Shown one piece after another: positions 9,759 to 20,276 of a DNA stretch of 64,000 bases (positions are counted from its first letter, which is position 1; every line of letters begins with the position of its first letter). The stretch lies in the NCBI GenBank assembly GCA_035700025.1, contig DASSOY010000048.1:72484-136483 (forward strand), in the 5' to 3' direction. The notes beneath the pieces were generated by a model that searched no databases, was not told where the DNA came from, and worked only from the letters and a program-made list of their open reading frames with translations. The DNA is from Bacillales bacterium (GTDB lineage: Bacteria; Bacillota; Bacilli; Bacillales; DASSOY01). Position numbers and translations under genes: made by a program.

Positions 9759-10556
9759 GTGGGAGAGGCAATTGTCATCACATCCGGAAAAGGAGGCGTC
9801 GGAAAGTCGACGACGACAGCCAATATCGGAACAGTTCTTGCCCTTTCAGGGAAGAAAGTTTGTTTGGTTGACAGCGATATCGGACTGCGGAACTTGGACG
9901 TCTTGATGGGGCTCGACAACCGGATTATTTACGATCTTGTCGACGTTGCCGACGGTCGTTGCCGTTTGGAGCAAGCGTTGATCAAAGACAAGCGGTTCGA
10001 TTGCTTGTACTTGTTGCCTGCCGCCCAGACGAAAGACAAATCTTCGGTGAAACCGGTTCAAATGAAGAAAATGATCGATGCTTTGCGGCAAGATTACGAT
10101 TATGTCATTATCGACTGCCCGGCCGGCATCGAACAAGGCTTTCAAAACGCCATTGCCGGTGCGACGCAATCGATCGTCGTAACGACGCCTGAAAAGTCAG
10201 CCGTTCGCGACGCCGATCGCATCATCGGCTTGTTGGAGCAGGAAGACCATATCGAGAGTCCGAAGTTGATCATCAACCGCATTCGCAGCCAAATGATGAA
10301 AGACGGCGACATGCTCGATGTCGACGAAATCGTCAACATTTTGGCGATCGACTTGCTCGGCATTGTGCTCGATGACGAATCGGTCATATCCGCTTCAAAC
10401 CGAGGCGAACCCGTTTCGCTTGAGCCGAACAAAAAAGCGGCGATTGCCTATCGGAACATCGGACGCCGAATTCTCGGAGAGTCGGTGCCCCTGCAGTCGC
10501 TTGACGAAAAAAGCGGCCTCTTTTCGCGAATGAAACAATTTCTCGGCATTCGCTGA
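9759..10556 (+). CDS. minD: septum site-determining ATPase MinD
   Basis: GTG 9759 follows the GAAAGGGG SD and gives (M)GEAIVITSGKGGVGKST, the deviant Walker A motif. A C-terminal amphipathic helix is present. Confidence 0.95.
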   Translation: MGEAIVITSGKGGVGKSTTTANIGTVLALSGKKVCLVDSDIGLRNLDVLMGLDNRIIYDLVDVADGRCRLEQALIKDKRFDCLYLLPAAQTKDKSSVKPVQMKKMIDALRQDYDYVIIDCPAGIEQGFQNAIAGATQSIVVTTPEKSAVRDADRIIGLLEQEDHIESPKLIINRIRSQMMKDGDMLDVDEIVNILAIDLLGIVLDDESVISASNRGEPVSLEPNKKAAIAYRNIGRRILGESVPLQSLDEKSGLFSRMKQFLGIR

Positions 10557-10557
10557 A

Positions 10558-10585
10558 CCACTTAAGGGAACTTAAGTGGTTTTTT
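10558..10585 (+). terminator. intrinsic terminator after minD
   Basis: CCACTTAAG/CTTAAGTGG perfect 9-bp stem with a GGAA loop, followed by TTTTTT. Confidence 0.8.
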
Positions 10586-10701
10586 GCGTTTTGTCTCGGA
10601 TGGAGCGTTACGCCGTTTTTTTGTGCGTGCCAAGGAGCTTGTCATAACCTTTCCTGCTCATTCATAAGTTTGTACAAAGAGACGGGAAAGGGGGATGTTC
10701 G

Positions 10702-11475
10702 GTGGCGAATCGAGCCGAGGAAATTCGAAAGCGTCACGAAGAGAGGAAAAGAAAAAGAAACTATGCCGCGTCCCATCGGCAACGTCCGGCGGCGCGTGAT
10801 TTCGAGGAACCCGGTTTTTCCAGATGGCGCGATGAAAACGACCGGCCTTCCGGCGGCAATTCCCCGCTCGTTCGAAAAGAGGGGATCGTCTTCCGGGTCT
10901 TGTTGGCCGCGATTCTCTTTTTGGCTGTCGGGGTGCTGTTCAAGCAGCCTCCGGACACCTTCGTGACCGCCAAGCATTACGTGAAACGCACATTTTCCAA
11001 CGAATTTCAATTTGCGGCTGTTTCCGAATGGTATGAAAACCGGTTCGGCCATCCGCTCGCCTTGTTTCCCAATCCGGAAACGAACGAGATGAAAGCGAAT
11101 GGAGACCAACAATCGCTTCCTTATGCAAAGCCTGTCAACGGGAAGATTAAAGCGTCTTTCTCGGAAACGGGGACCGGCATCTTGATGGAAACCGACGATA
11201 AAGCCCAGGTAAGAGCAGTGGAAGAAGGGTTTGTCACGTTCGTCGGAGACAAAGAAGGCATCGGAAAAACAGTCATTGTCCAATTGACGAACGGGGAACA
11301 AGCATGGTATGGCAAACTTGCCAACGTTCATGTGAAATTGTACGACTACGTCGAGCGAGGGGAGAAGATCGGAGAAGTTAAGCCAGCGGCTCAGGGGGAA
11401 GGCGGTACTTTTTACTTTGCGATCAAAAAAGAAGACGGTTTTATCGATCCGCTAAAGGTGATTTCTTTTGAGTAA
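10702..11475 (+). CDS. spoIVFA: stage IV sporulation protein FA (degenerate LytM/M23 domain)
   Basis: 257 aa, with GTG 7 nt after AAAGGGGGA. It has a basic N-terminus, one TM and a C-terminal M23-like fold (GKTVIVQLTNGEQAWYGKLANVHVKLYDYVERGEKIG). It lies immediately upstream of and overlaps spoIVFB. Confidence 0.8.
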   Translation: MANRAEEIRKRHEERKRKRNYAASHRQRPAARDFEEPGFSRWRDENDRPSGGNSPLVRKEGIVFRVLLAAILFLAVGVLFKQPPDTFVTAKHYVKRTFSNEFQFAAVSEWYENRFGHPLALFPNPETNEMKANGDQQSLPYAKPVNGKIKASFSETGTGILMETDDKAQVRAVEEGFVTFVGDKEGIGKTVIVQLTNGEQAWYGKLANVHVKLYDYVERGEKIGEVKPAAQGEGGTFYFAIKKEDGFIDPLKVISFE

Positions 11476-12298
11476 GCTGAAGATTCACCCGTTTTTTTGG
11501 CTCGTATTGGCGTCAGGCGTATTTACGGGTCATTTTTATGAGGTGTTGATGGTGTTTTCGATCGTCTTCGTGCATGAAATGGGCCATGTCGGTGCGGCGG
11601 TATTCTTTCGCTGGAAGATTGAACAAGTCGAATTGCTTCCATTTGGCGGGGTAGCGAAGACGGATGAACACGGAAACCGTCCATTGTTCGAGGAAACGAT
11701 TGTCATCTTGGCCGGCCCCGCACAGCATTTGCTTCTGTCGGGACTGGCGTATTTTTTTTATCGCACCTCTTTTTTCGACACGGGGGATTTCCGAACGTTC
11801 ATGTTGTACAACTTAACGTTGTTGTTTTTTAATTTATTGCCCGTTTTGCCGCTGGACGGCGGACGTTTGCTTAGAGTCGTCTGTTACGCCTGTTTTCCTT
11901 ACAGGACGGCGATTGATCACTCGCTTCTCATTTCTTCGGCGTTGTTGACCGGCTTATTTATATGGAGTTTTTATTTCTACCCGACCCACCTGAATTTATG
12001 GGTCGTGCTCGTCTTTCTTGCGTTCTCCCACTACCGAGAGTGGAAACAACGGCGTTTCATATACATGCGGTTCTTGTTAGCTCGTTATTATGACAAAACC
12101 TCGCGTTCGCTTCGATTGCAACCGATTGTCGTCGGGAAGGACACAAGGATTTCGGACGTGCTTGAAAAATTCCGCCGCGGCGTGACCCATCAAGTGATCG
12201 TTCGTCATTGTGAAGCCCGGCATGTTTACGAGGAAACGGATTTGTTGTATGCTTTTTTTGTGGAGAAAAAGGTCGTCGACCCGATCGGAGAGCTTTGA
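11468..12298 (+). CDS. spoIVFB: site-2 intramembrane metalloprotease SpoIVFB (pro-sigma-K processing)
   Basis: 276 aa with the HEMGH zinc motif, the NLLPVLPLDGG second motif and a C-terminal CBS-like domain. Confidence 0.9.
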   Translation: MSKLKIHPFFWLVLASGVFTGHFYEVLMVFSIVFVHEMGHVGAAVFFRWKIEQVELLPFGGVAKTDEHGNRPLFEETIVILAGPAQHLLLSGLAYFFYRTSFFDTGDFRTFMLYNLTLLFFNLLPVLPLDGGRLLRVVCYACFPYRTAIDHSLLISSALLTGLFIWSFYFYPTHLNLWVVLVFLAFSHYREWKQRRFIYMRFLLARYYDKTSRSLRLQPIVVGKDTRISDVLEKFRRGVTHQVIVRHCEARHVYEETDLLYAFFVEKKVVDPIGEL

Positions 12299-12323
12299 CA
12301 AAGGCACATTTGCATGGTAATAT
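12295..12323 (+). promoter_or_regulatory. sigma-A type promoter for the rplU operon
   Basis: TTGACA (12295-12300, overlapping the spoIVFB stop codon), a 17-nt spacer, then TAATAT (12318-12323). Confidence 0.6.
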
Positions 12324-12329
12324 TGAATA

Positions 12330-12466
12330 GTTAGTCTGGAGTTAAGTGTGTTTTATAGCACCGTACTCCAACCGCTCAGCGCAGGTTTGAAACGCTGTCG
12401 GGCGAATGATTGTTATCGTCCGGGCTGCCTGTAATGGCGAGTCTGAGAACGCAAGGAGGTGCTTGC
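12330..12466 (+). promoter_or_regulatory. probable ribosomal protein L21 leader RNA
   Basis: About 135 nt of untranslated, GC-rich, self-complementary leader lies between the promoter and the rplU SD. A conserved L21 leader is known at this position in Firmicutes. I have not done a covariance-model check. Confidence 0.45.
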
Positions 12467-12775
12467 ATGTACGCGATTATTGAAACAGGCGGAAAGCAGC
12501 TGAAGGTGGAAGAAGGACAAACCATCTACGTTGAAAAATTGGATGCTCCCGCCGGTGAGACGGTTACATTCGACCGCGTTGTATTCGTCGGCGGAGACGA
12601 CGTGAAAGTGGGGAGTCCCCTCGTCGAAGGCGCAACGGTAACAGCCAAGGTCGAAGAACACGGACGCGGCAAGAAAGTGACGGTGTTCAAAATGAAACGC
12701 CGCAAAGGCTATCGCAAAAAACAAGGCCATCGTCAGCCGTATACGAAATTGTCCGTTGACAAAATTAATGCTTAA
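12467..12775 (+). CDS. rplU: 50S ribosomal protein L21
   Basis: ATG 12467 follows AAGGAGGTG and gives [18 protein letters not shown]. The ORF-track start at 12410 is over-extended. Confidence 0.97.
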   Translation: MYAIIETGGKQLKVEEGQTIYVEKLDAPAGETVTFDRVVFVGGDDVKVGSPLVEGATVTAKVEEHGRGKKVTVFKMKRRKGYRKKQGHRQPYTKLSVDKINA

Positions 12776-12786
12776 GAAGGGATTCG

Positions 12787-13125
12787 ATGGTAGAGGTTGA
12801 AATCGTACGTAGGAACGGAAGGATCGTTTCCTTTTCGTTGCGCGGACATGCAGACGCAGGACCTCACGGCCACGATCTCGTTTGTGCCGCGGTATCCGCG
12901 CTTTCCATTGGGGCGGAAAATGCCGTCGGTGAGTTATGCGGCGTTCAGCTTGAGTGCGATGCCGGAGAAGGCGGCGGATATCTTCATTGTGCCGTTCCGG
13001 ACGGTTTAGACCGAAGGACGGACGAGAAGGTTCAACTGCTTCTTGAAGGCATGGTCGTATCGATCAAGTCGATCGAACGCCAATATGGAGCGTATATTCG
13101 CTTAAACCATAGAGGAGGTGAGTAG
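12787..13125 (+). CDS. prp: ribosomal-processing cysteine protease Prp (YsxB)
   Basis: 112 aa with the [20 protein letters not shown] catalytic His/Cys region, located between rplU and rpmA. Confidence 0.9.
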   Translation: MVEVEIVRRNGRIVSFSLRGHADAGPHGHDLVCAAVSALSIGAENAVGELCGVQLECDAGEGGGYLHCAVPDGLDRRTDEKVQLLLEGMVVSIKSIERQYGAYIRLNHRGGE

Positions 13126-13126
13126 C

Positions 13127-13423
13127 ATGCTGCAAATGAACTTGCAATTTTTCTCTCAGAAAAAAGGTGTCGGCAGTACGAAAAACGGCCGTGATTCCAT
13201 CGCTAAACGCCTTGGCGCAAAACGGGCCGACGGACAATTCGTATCCGGCGGAAGCATCTTGTACCGCCAGCGCGGCACGAAAATTCACCCGGGTGAAAAC
13301 GTCGGGCGCGGCGGCGACGATACGTTGTTCGCAAAAGTCGACGGCGTTGTGAAATTCGAACGGATGGGACGCGACCGCAAGCGCGTGAGCGTTTATCCGC
13401 AACCGGTAGCACAAGAAGCATAA
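13127..13423 (+). CDS. rpmA: 50S ribosomal protein L27 with N-terminal propeptide
   Basis: ATG 13127 lies 6 nt after AGAGGAGGTG. The sequence MLQMNLQFF|[15 protein letters not shown] shows the Firmicute 9-aa extension that Prp removes. Confidence 0.97.
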   Translation: MLQMNLQFFSQKKGVGSTKNGRDSIAKRLGAKRADGQFVSGGSILYRQRGTKIHPGENVGRGGDDTLFAKVDGVVKFERMGRDRKRVSVYPQPVAQEA

Positions 13424-13435
13424 GAAATGATAAGC

Positions 13436-13475
13436 ATGCCCTTTCGGCGAACAAACGCCGGAGGGGCATTTTTTA
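13436..13475 (+). terminator. intrinsic terminator after rpmA
   Basis: 14-bp stem ATGCCCTTTCGGCG/CGCCGGAGGGGCAT (2 G-U pairs) with an AACAAA loop, followed by a T-run. Confidence 0.8.
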
Positions 13476-13670
13476 ATCGTTCAAGTGGTCAAAAAACTTC
13501 ATGCCTATGGATTTTTTTATAAAATCCCAAATTTCCGCAAAAGCGAATGGACTATTTTTCATAATGTTCCAAATTTCAGATTTCAACACATGTAAAAAGA
13601 TGGTATTGTTAAGATGATTCAGCAAATTTATACAAATAATCCTAAAAATCAACCATAAGGTCTTTTTCAT
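13473..13670 (-). CDS. hypothetical 65-aa ORF in the AT-rich island (doubtful)
   Basis: It comes only from the ORF track. It has no SD and no recognisable motif, lies in AT-rich sequence where stop-free stretches are less expected, and its 3' end abuts the rpmA terminator. Confidence 0.2.
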   Translation of the reverse strand: MKKTLWLIFRIICINLLNHLNNTIFLHVLKSEIWNIMKNSPFAFAEIWDFIKKSIGMKFFDHLND

Positions 13671-13815
13671 AAAAAGCGGAGAATAGAGAAATTGTCGGAA
13701 GGCGATTGCATCGGGATTTTCTCATTGTTGGAGATCGTGTTGAACCTTTATGAATTCCTTTTGTATATTGTAATGCTGTTGGGTTGGGCAGTTTGTTATA
13801 TTTTTTTGGGGGGCA

Positions 13816-14496
13816 ATGATGATTCGATTACGGCATGTAAGTAAGTTATTTCAACACGACTCTATCAAGCTGGAGATTCTTCGTGGTATTGACTTATACG
13901 TACGAAAAGAATCATGGGTTTCTATTGTGGGACCCTCCGGTTCCGGAAAAACCACCTTATAAAATTGTATGTCGGGGTTGTTGGAACCGAATTCAGGTGA
14001 AATTTTTTATGGGGATGTGAATTTGTATCAATTAAACGAGAAGAACAGGAGCGATTTTCGTCTCAGAAACATTGGTTTTGTCTTTCAGGATTTTAAGTTG
14101 TTACCCTATTATTCCGTTTTGGACAACGTCATTTTGCCATTCCTTAATCGCGGTTCAAAAAAAGAACTGTATAAGCGTGCAAAGCTATTATTGGGAAAAG
14201 TGGGGATTGAAGAAAAACTCTTTACCCGTTTGCCGGAAAGGCTTTCAGGAGGGGAAAAACAGCGAGTTGCGATAGCCCGGGCATTAATTGCAGATCCAAA
14301 CGTCTTGATTTGTGACGAGCCTACTGGAAATATTGATCAAGCAAACAGAGACAATATCATCAAGCTTTTTCTGAGTTTACAAAAACAAGGGAAAACCATC
14401 ATTTTGGTCACTCATGATATGAATGTTGCTAAGCACGGCAACCAGGTTTACCATTTAACGGCTGGTCATCTCACCTCAAATGAGGTGAGGGAATGA
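13816..14496 (+). pseudogene. MacB/LolD-type ABC transporter ATP-binding protein, interrupted by an in-frame TAA
   Basis: Reading from ATG 13816 gives MMIRLRHVSKLF...IVGPSGSGKTTL, then TAA (13960-13962), then NCMSGLLEPNSGE in the same frame. Downstream are the Q-loop, LSGGEKQRVAIARAL, the Walker B LICDEPT and the VTHD H-loop. The stop sits where ABC ATPases have Leu (GKS/TTLLN). Confidence 0.8.
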
Positions 14497-16909
14497 TTCG
14501 AATGGTTTGGAATCGCATCATTCATCGGAAAGCTGCTGCTTTGACCCTTTTGTTTGCACTTGTTTCATTATATGTCCTTATTCCTTATGCTTTCCATCAA
14601 TCCAGGGAGGTAAAGGCCACTGTCAATGATACGATTGAACAATATGGAAGGGGAAGTTATGATATTTTGGTACGTCCCCCGTCTTCCCGGACACAGATTG
14701 AAAAAACGTTTGGGATGGTCGAAGACAATTACATTGTCGATAGTGCGGGCGGCATATCCATTAAAGCATGGAGGGACATGCAGGCAAACCCGGATATTGA
14801 GGTTGCCGCACCTGTTGCTTCCTTGGGTTACTATCGGGGGATGCGGCTTTCCATTGCCCTTCCGGTCCTAGATCAATCGACACGGTTCACCTTTCAGTTC
14901 TTTACCTCCAATGGTAAGGAAAAATTCCCGATCACCGATCAAGGGACCTTAACGTTTTTTAAAAAAATAAAGCCCGGTTTTATTCAGTATTTGACTGGAA
15001 TTCAACAACAAGAACTCGTCAGCTCCTATATGGATATTATTATGCCGCCAAGTTATTACCCGATGGTTGCGATAGATGCGAAAAGTGAGGAAAGATTAAC
15101 GGGTATTGACTTTCCGGCCAAATTTAAACACGCGCATTATTCAGAAAACTTTAAATCCATGTTAAAAAACTTTGGGAACCTACCGGTTGTGAAGGTTTTA
15201 CAAAGAGACGACTTGCCTATTCCTGTGTATTTAAAATTAAAGATGGATACGGTTGATCTGAATCTAAAACATTATCTTCATGAGTTAGGTTTAAATGAAG
15301 ACAATTGGATCATGCAGGGAGGAAATTCAGATCATTTTGATTCCGTTCTAAAGGAAGTAAAGAGTGAAAAGGCTTTGGCCACCCGAACAACCTGGATTGA
15401 TTTGTCGAATTTTCTTCATCCGTTCAACGGAACTGCCTTGGAATTAAACTCTCAATTGCAACCTTCTGTTTCAAGTCAACACCTTGGTGCTATGGACACG
15501 TCTGTTTATTATACAGCTTCAAAGCTTACTTACAAAAACCTAGAGGGTATGCCAAGAGTTGAGATTGTAAAGGAAGGGTCTCCGCCTTCTTATAAACTGA
15601 TTGAAAAACATGATATCGGGGATCTACACAAATTGCCTTTTTTGGTGTACCAAATAGGAACCTTTTCCGCAAAATCCCAAACCAAATCCAAACTGGCTGC
15701 CAGTCCATTGGGGATTTATGGGGATCTGAAAGCGAAAACCGTTGACGGGGAAACACTGACGCCCACTATTCTTCCCGGCAGTTTTATTGCTAGTCCAGCA
15801 AGTGGTGTCACCACCATGAAAGCAGCAAAATTGTTAAAAGGAAAGAACCCGATTGATGCCATTCGTGTGAAGGTTGCCGGGATAGACAGCTATAATAAAG
15901 CGGCACAAAGAAAAATTGAAAAAGTGGCAACTCACTTATTAAAAAAAGGATATGAAGTGGATGTTGTTGCGGGGTCCTCTTTCAAGAAAATGATCTTTGA
16001 TGTGGAAGGGATCGGAAAGGTCATAGACCAATGGACAACATTAGGCATTGCGCAAGAATTAACGAGTACATGGAATGTTCTAACCGTGTTAACGTCCATT
16101 TTATTTATCACTTTTGGTATCTTGTGGTTGGTGGTTCGTTTAACTTTCGAAAAAAATACATGGGCCGGAGAAAATGACATTCTTTCTACGATTGGGTGGA
16201 GGCAGAGTAGAATCAACATGCGTAACTGTATTGAACACTATTTTCTCATTACGGCGGCTTTGATTGTATCGATCGTTGTATTATTTTTTGGTAACGCTAC
16301 GGCTGGCATGTACTGGATTTCTATAGGTTTATGGGCATTCGCAGTTGCTATGTCAACCTATTTGGTCAATCAGAAGAAGATAACGAAAGTTAGCACCCGA
16401 CCTTATAAATATTTTCCGGCTATTTTTCATCAAATGAGAATCATTTTCCCGTCAATGTTGATCCTGATTCTTTCGACCGTTTTAACCAGCTTGCAAATCG
16501 CCAGTATGGCTGAGGCTTTTCAGGAAGCATCTTTGACGAGAATGGGAGCGTACACTAACAATGTTACGTTTTGGGTGCAATCCTCAATTGTTTTTCAACT
16601 TTCATTCTGGCCATTGTCGGCATAAGTGAATGTATGAACGCTTTGTTAAGGGAAAGAAGAAATGAATTTTATATGTACCATGTGATAGGCTGGAGAAAAC
16701 AGAGAATCTTGCTTCATTTGCTTAAAGAAGTTGCGGTTTGGGCCGTCTCCGCCCTTGTTGCAGGCCTGGTATTCGGCGGGGTACTGCTTTTTTACTTAAA
16801 GGTTTCTCTCATTTGGGTGATTTTAGGGTTGGGAAGTTCTTTTATATTGTCAGGCTTTGCGATTGCGGTCATAGTGTTCACCCGGCGTTTGTACACTCAA
16901 CCTTCCTAA
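14493..16909 (+). pseudogene. FtsX/MacB-like ABC permease with a large extracytoplasmic domain, frameshifted
   Basis: ATG 14493 overlaps the ATPase stop (ATGA). TM1 is followed by an extracytoplasmic domain of about 500 aa and the first FtsX-type TM bundle. The frame ends at 16625, but the second FtsX bundle (GAILNCFSTFILAIVGISECMNALLRERRNEF...) continues in the -1 frame from about 16571 to 16909. The junction lies at a T4G3 run (16569-16575). Confidence 0.75.
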
Positions 16910-17438
16910 TGAATGCATCTTGTTTTAACCGGAAATGAATGGTTGGATCGAATATTTACTTTAGGATATCGACTTGTCTACGGTTCACCTTATTTTTTTG
17001 CATTAAAGGGGTGCCTCATAACAGGGCACCCTTAATTGTTATTTCAGTTTCCTTTCCCTTGAAAAGTTCTTCGCCCATGCTGAACGTGATGGTATCTGTT
17101 CCTGAAGTCGATTTGTTTTTTGCCGGCTTGATCATAAATGCTGTTTGTGAAATAGCCATGCCGCAAGGATACCAGCTGTTTCCGCATGCCCTCTTGTCTG
17201 CTATAATAACGATGACCCTATAATGAGGAGAACCCAAGCGTCACATTAGGGAGTCCACAGTACTGACATTCCGATGCTGAGCTAGAGATGATGATGTTTC
17301 CAGATGTTAGACACCGTCTATTCGACAAAACCTTGTTGAGCGCAACGGCGAACCGGAAGCCTATCCCTCATCGAACAAGTTGTGGATTGGCGTGCCTTTA
17401 GCGATCCTGATAAGCGAATTGAAGAAGGAGAGTGGGGA

Positions 17439-19269
<1,831 letters not shown>

Positions 19270-19282
19270 AGGGGATTGTCCG

Positions 19283-19729
19283 ATGAAAAAACGGGAACAA
19301 TTTTATTTGGTGTCGGAAGAAGTGTTGCCGGAAGCGATGGTGAAAGTGCTTCAAGCGAAGGAATTGTTGGAAAGGGAAAAAGCGGATACGATCTATGAAG
19401 CGGTCCAATCCGTCGGCTTAAGCCGGAGTGCCTTTTACAAATACAAGGATAAAATTTTTCCGTTTCAAAAAGTTGTCAAAGAACGGATCATTACGCTCTT
19501 CCTTCATCTTGAAGATCATTCGGGCACCTTGTCGAAACTGCTTGCGGAAGTCGCAGCGGCAGGCTGCAACGTATTGACGATCCACCAGTCGATTCCGCTG
19601 CAAGGACGGGCAAACGTGTCATTGTCGATCGACATTTCCGATCTTTCGGTCGACATGGATGCGTTCCTCGACAAACTTCGGCGCCTGCCGGAAGTACTGC
19701 GGGTAGAGTTGATCGGAACCGGCGCTTGA
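19283..19729 (+). CDS. pheB: ACT-domain protein PheB (UPF0735)
   Basis: ATG 19283 follows AAAGGGGA and gives [22 protein letters not shown], with a C-terminal ACT domain. It follows obg as in B. subtilis. Confidence 0.85.
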   Translation: MKKREQFYLVSEEVLPEAMVKVLQAKELLEREKADTIYEAVQSVGLSRSAFYKYKDKIFPFQKVVKERIITLFLHLEDHSGTLSKLLAEVAAAGCNVLTIHQSIPLQGRANVSLSIDISDLSVDMDAFLDKLRRLPEVLRVELIGTGA

Positions 19730-19730
19730 T

Positions 19731-20276
19731 TTAGGACTGCTTCAACAGAAATCCTGCATTTTCCAACGCATCACATGCCGATTCGAGCTCGGCCTCGGAA
19801 TCGGCTTCAATTTCATGCAAATGAACGCCGTCCGTCAAGGACAACAGCAGCGGTGCCCCGGTGTTCTCCAGTTGTTTCATAAACGCATCCACTTCTTTCC
19901 GATTGCTTAACATGAGGGAACCGGTCAAATCGCCGTAAATCGGGTGCTCAACCGTGACACTTTTTACCGTTACGCCGTGGTCGACGAGCAAATACAATTC
20001 GTCGCGCGTTTGTTCGCGCCGGTGTTTCGATGCGATAATTTTTACAGCTTTCGTGTTTTTTTCTTGTTCGTTCATATAAAGATATCCGCGAGCCGTGGCA
20101 ATAATCGGCTCGTTTCTCGCTTTCAACAAAGAAATGTCTTGCACGATCACTTGTCGGCTTACGTTCGTTTGCTGTGCCATCTCTTTTCCCGTCAAAGGTT
20201 TGCTGCTCTGTTTCAACAGGCGCAAGAGGAGTTGACGACGTTCTTCCCCGAGCACTTTTTCTTCTTCCCCGGCCAT
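19731..20276 (-). CDS. niaR: NAD-biosynthesis transcriptional repressor NiaR (YrxA; HTH plus 3H domain)
   Basis: 181 aa with an N-terminal HTH (GKEMAQQTNVSRQVIVQDISLL) and a 3H domain with conserved His (EHPIYGDLTG...GVHLHEI). Confidence 0.85.
   Translation of the reverse strand: MAGEEEKVLGEERRQLLLRLLKQSSKPLTGKEMAQQTNVSRQVIVQDISLLKARNEPIIATARGYLYMNEQEKNTKAVKIIASKHRREQTRDELYLLVDHGVTVKSVTVEHPIYGDLTGSLMLSNRKEVDAFMKQLENTGAPLLLSLTDGVHLHEIEADSEAELESACDALENAGFLLKQS

Noticed and set aside
13501-13660. Small plus-strand ORFs (38 aa MPMDFFIKSQ...; 14 aa MIQQIYTNNPKNQP) at the left edge of the AT-rich island, considered as possible bacteriocin or leader-peptide genes
   Set aside because: They have no SD, no double-glycine or lanthipeptide-like leader features, and no partner modification genes. 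This is indistinguishable from noise.
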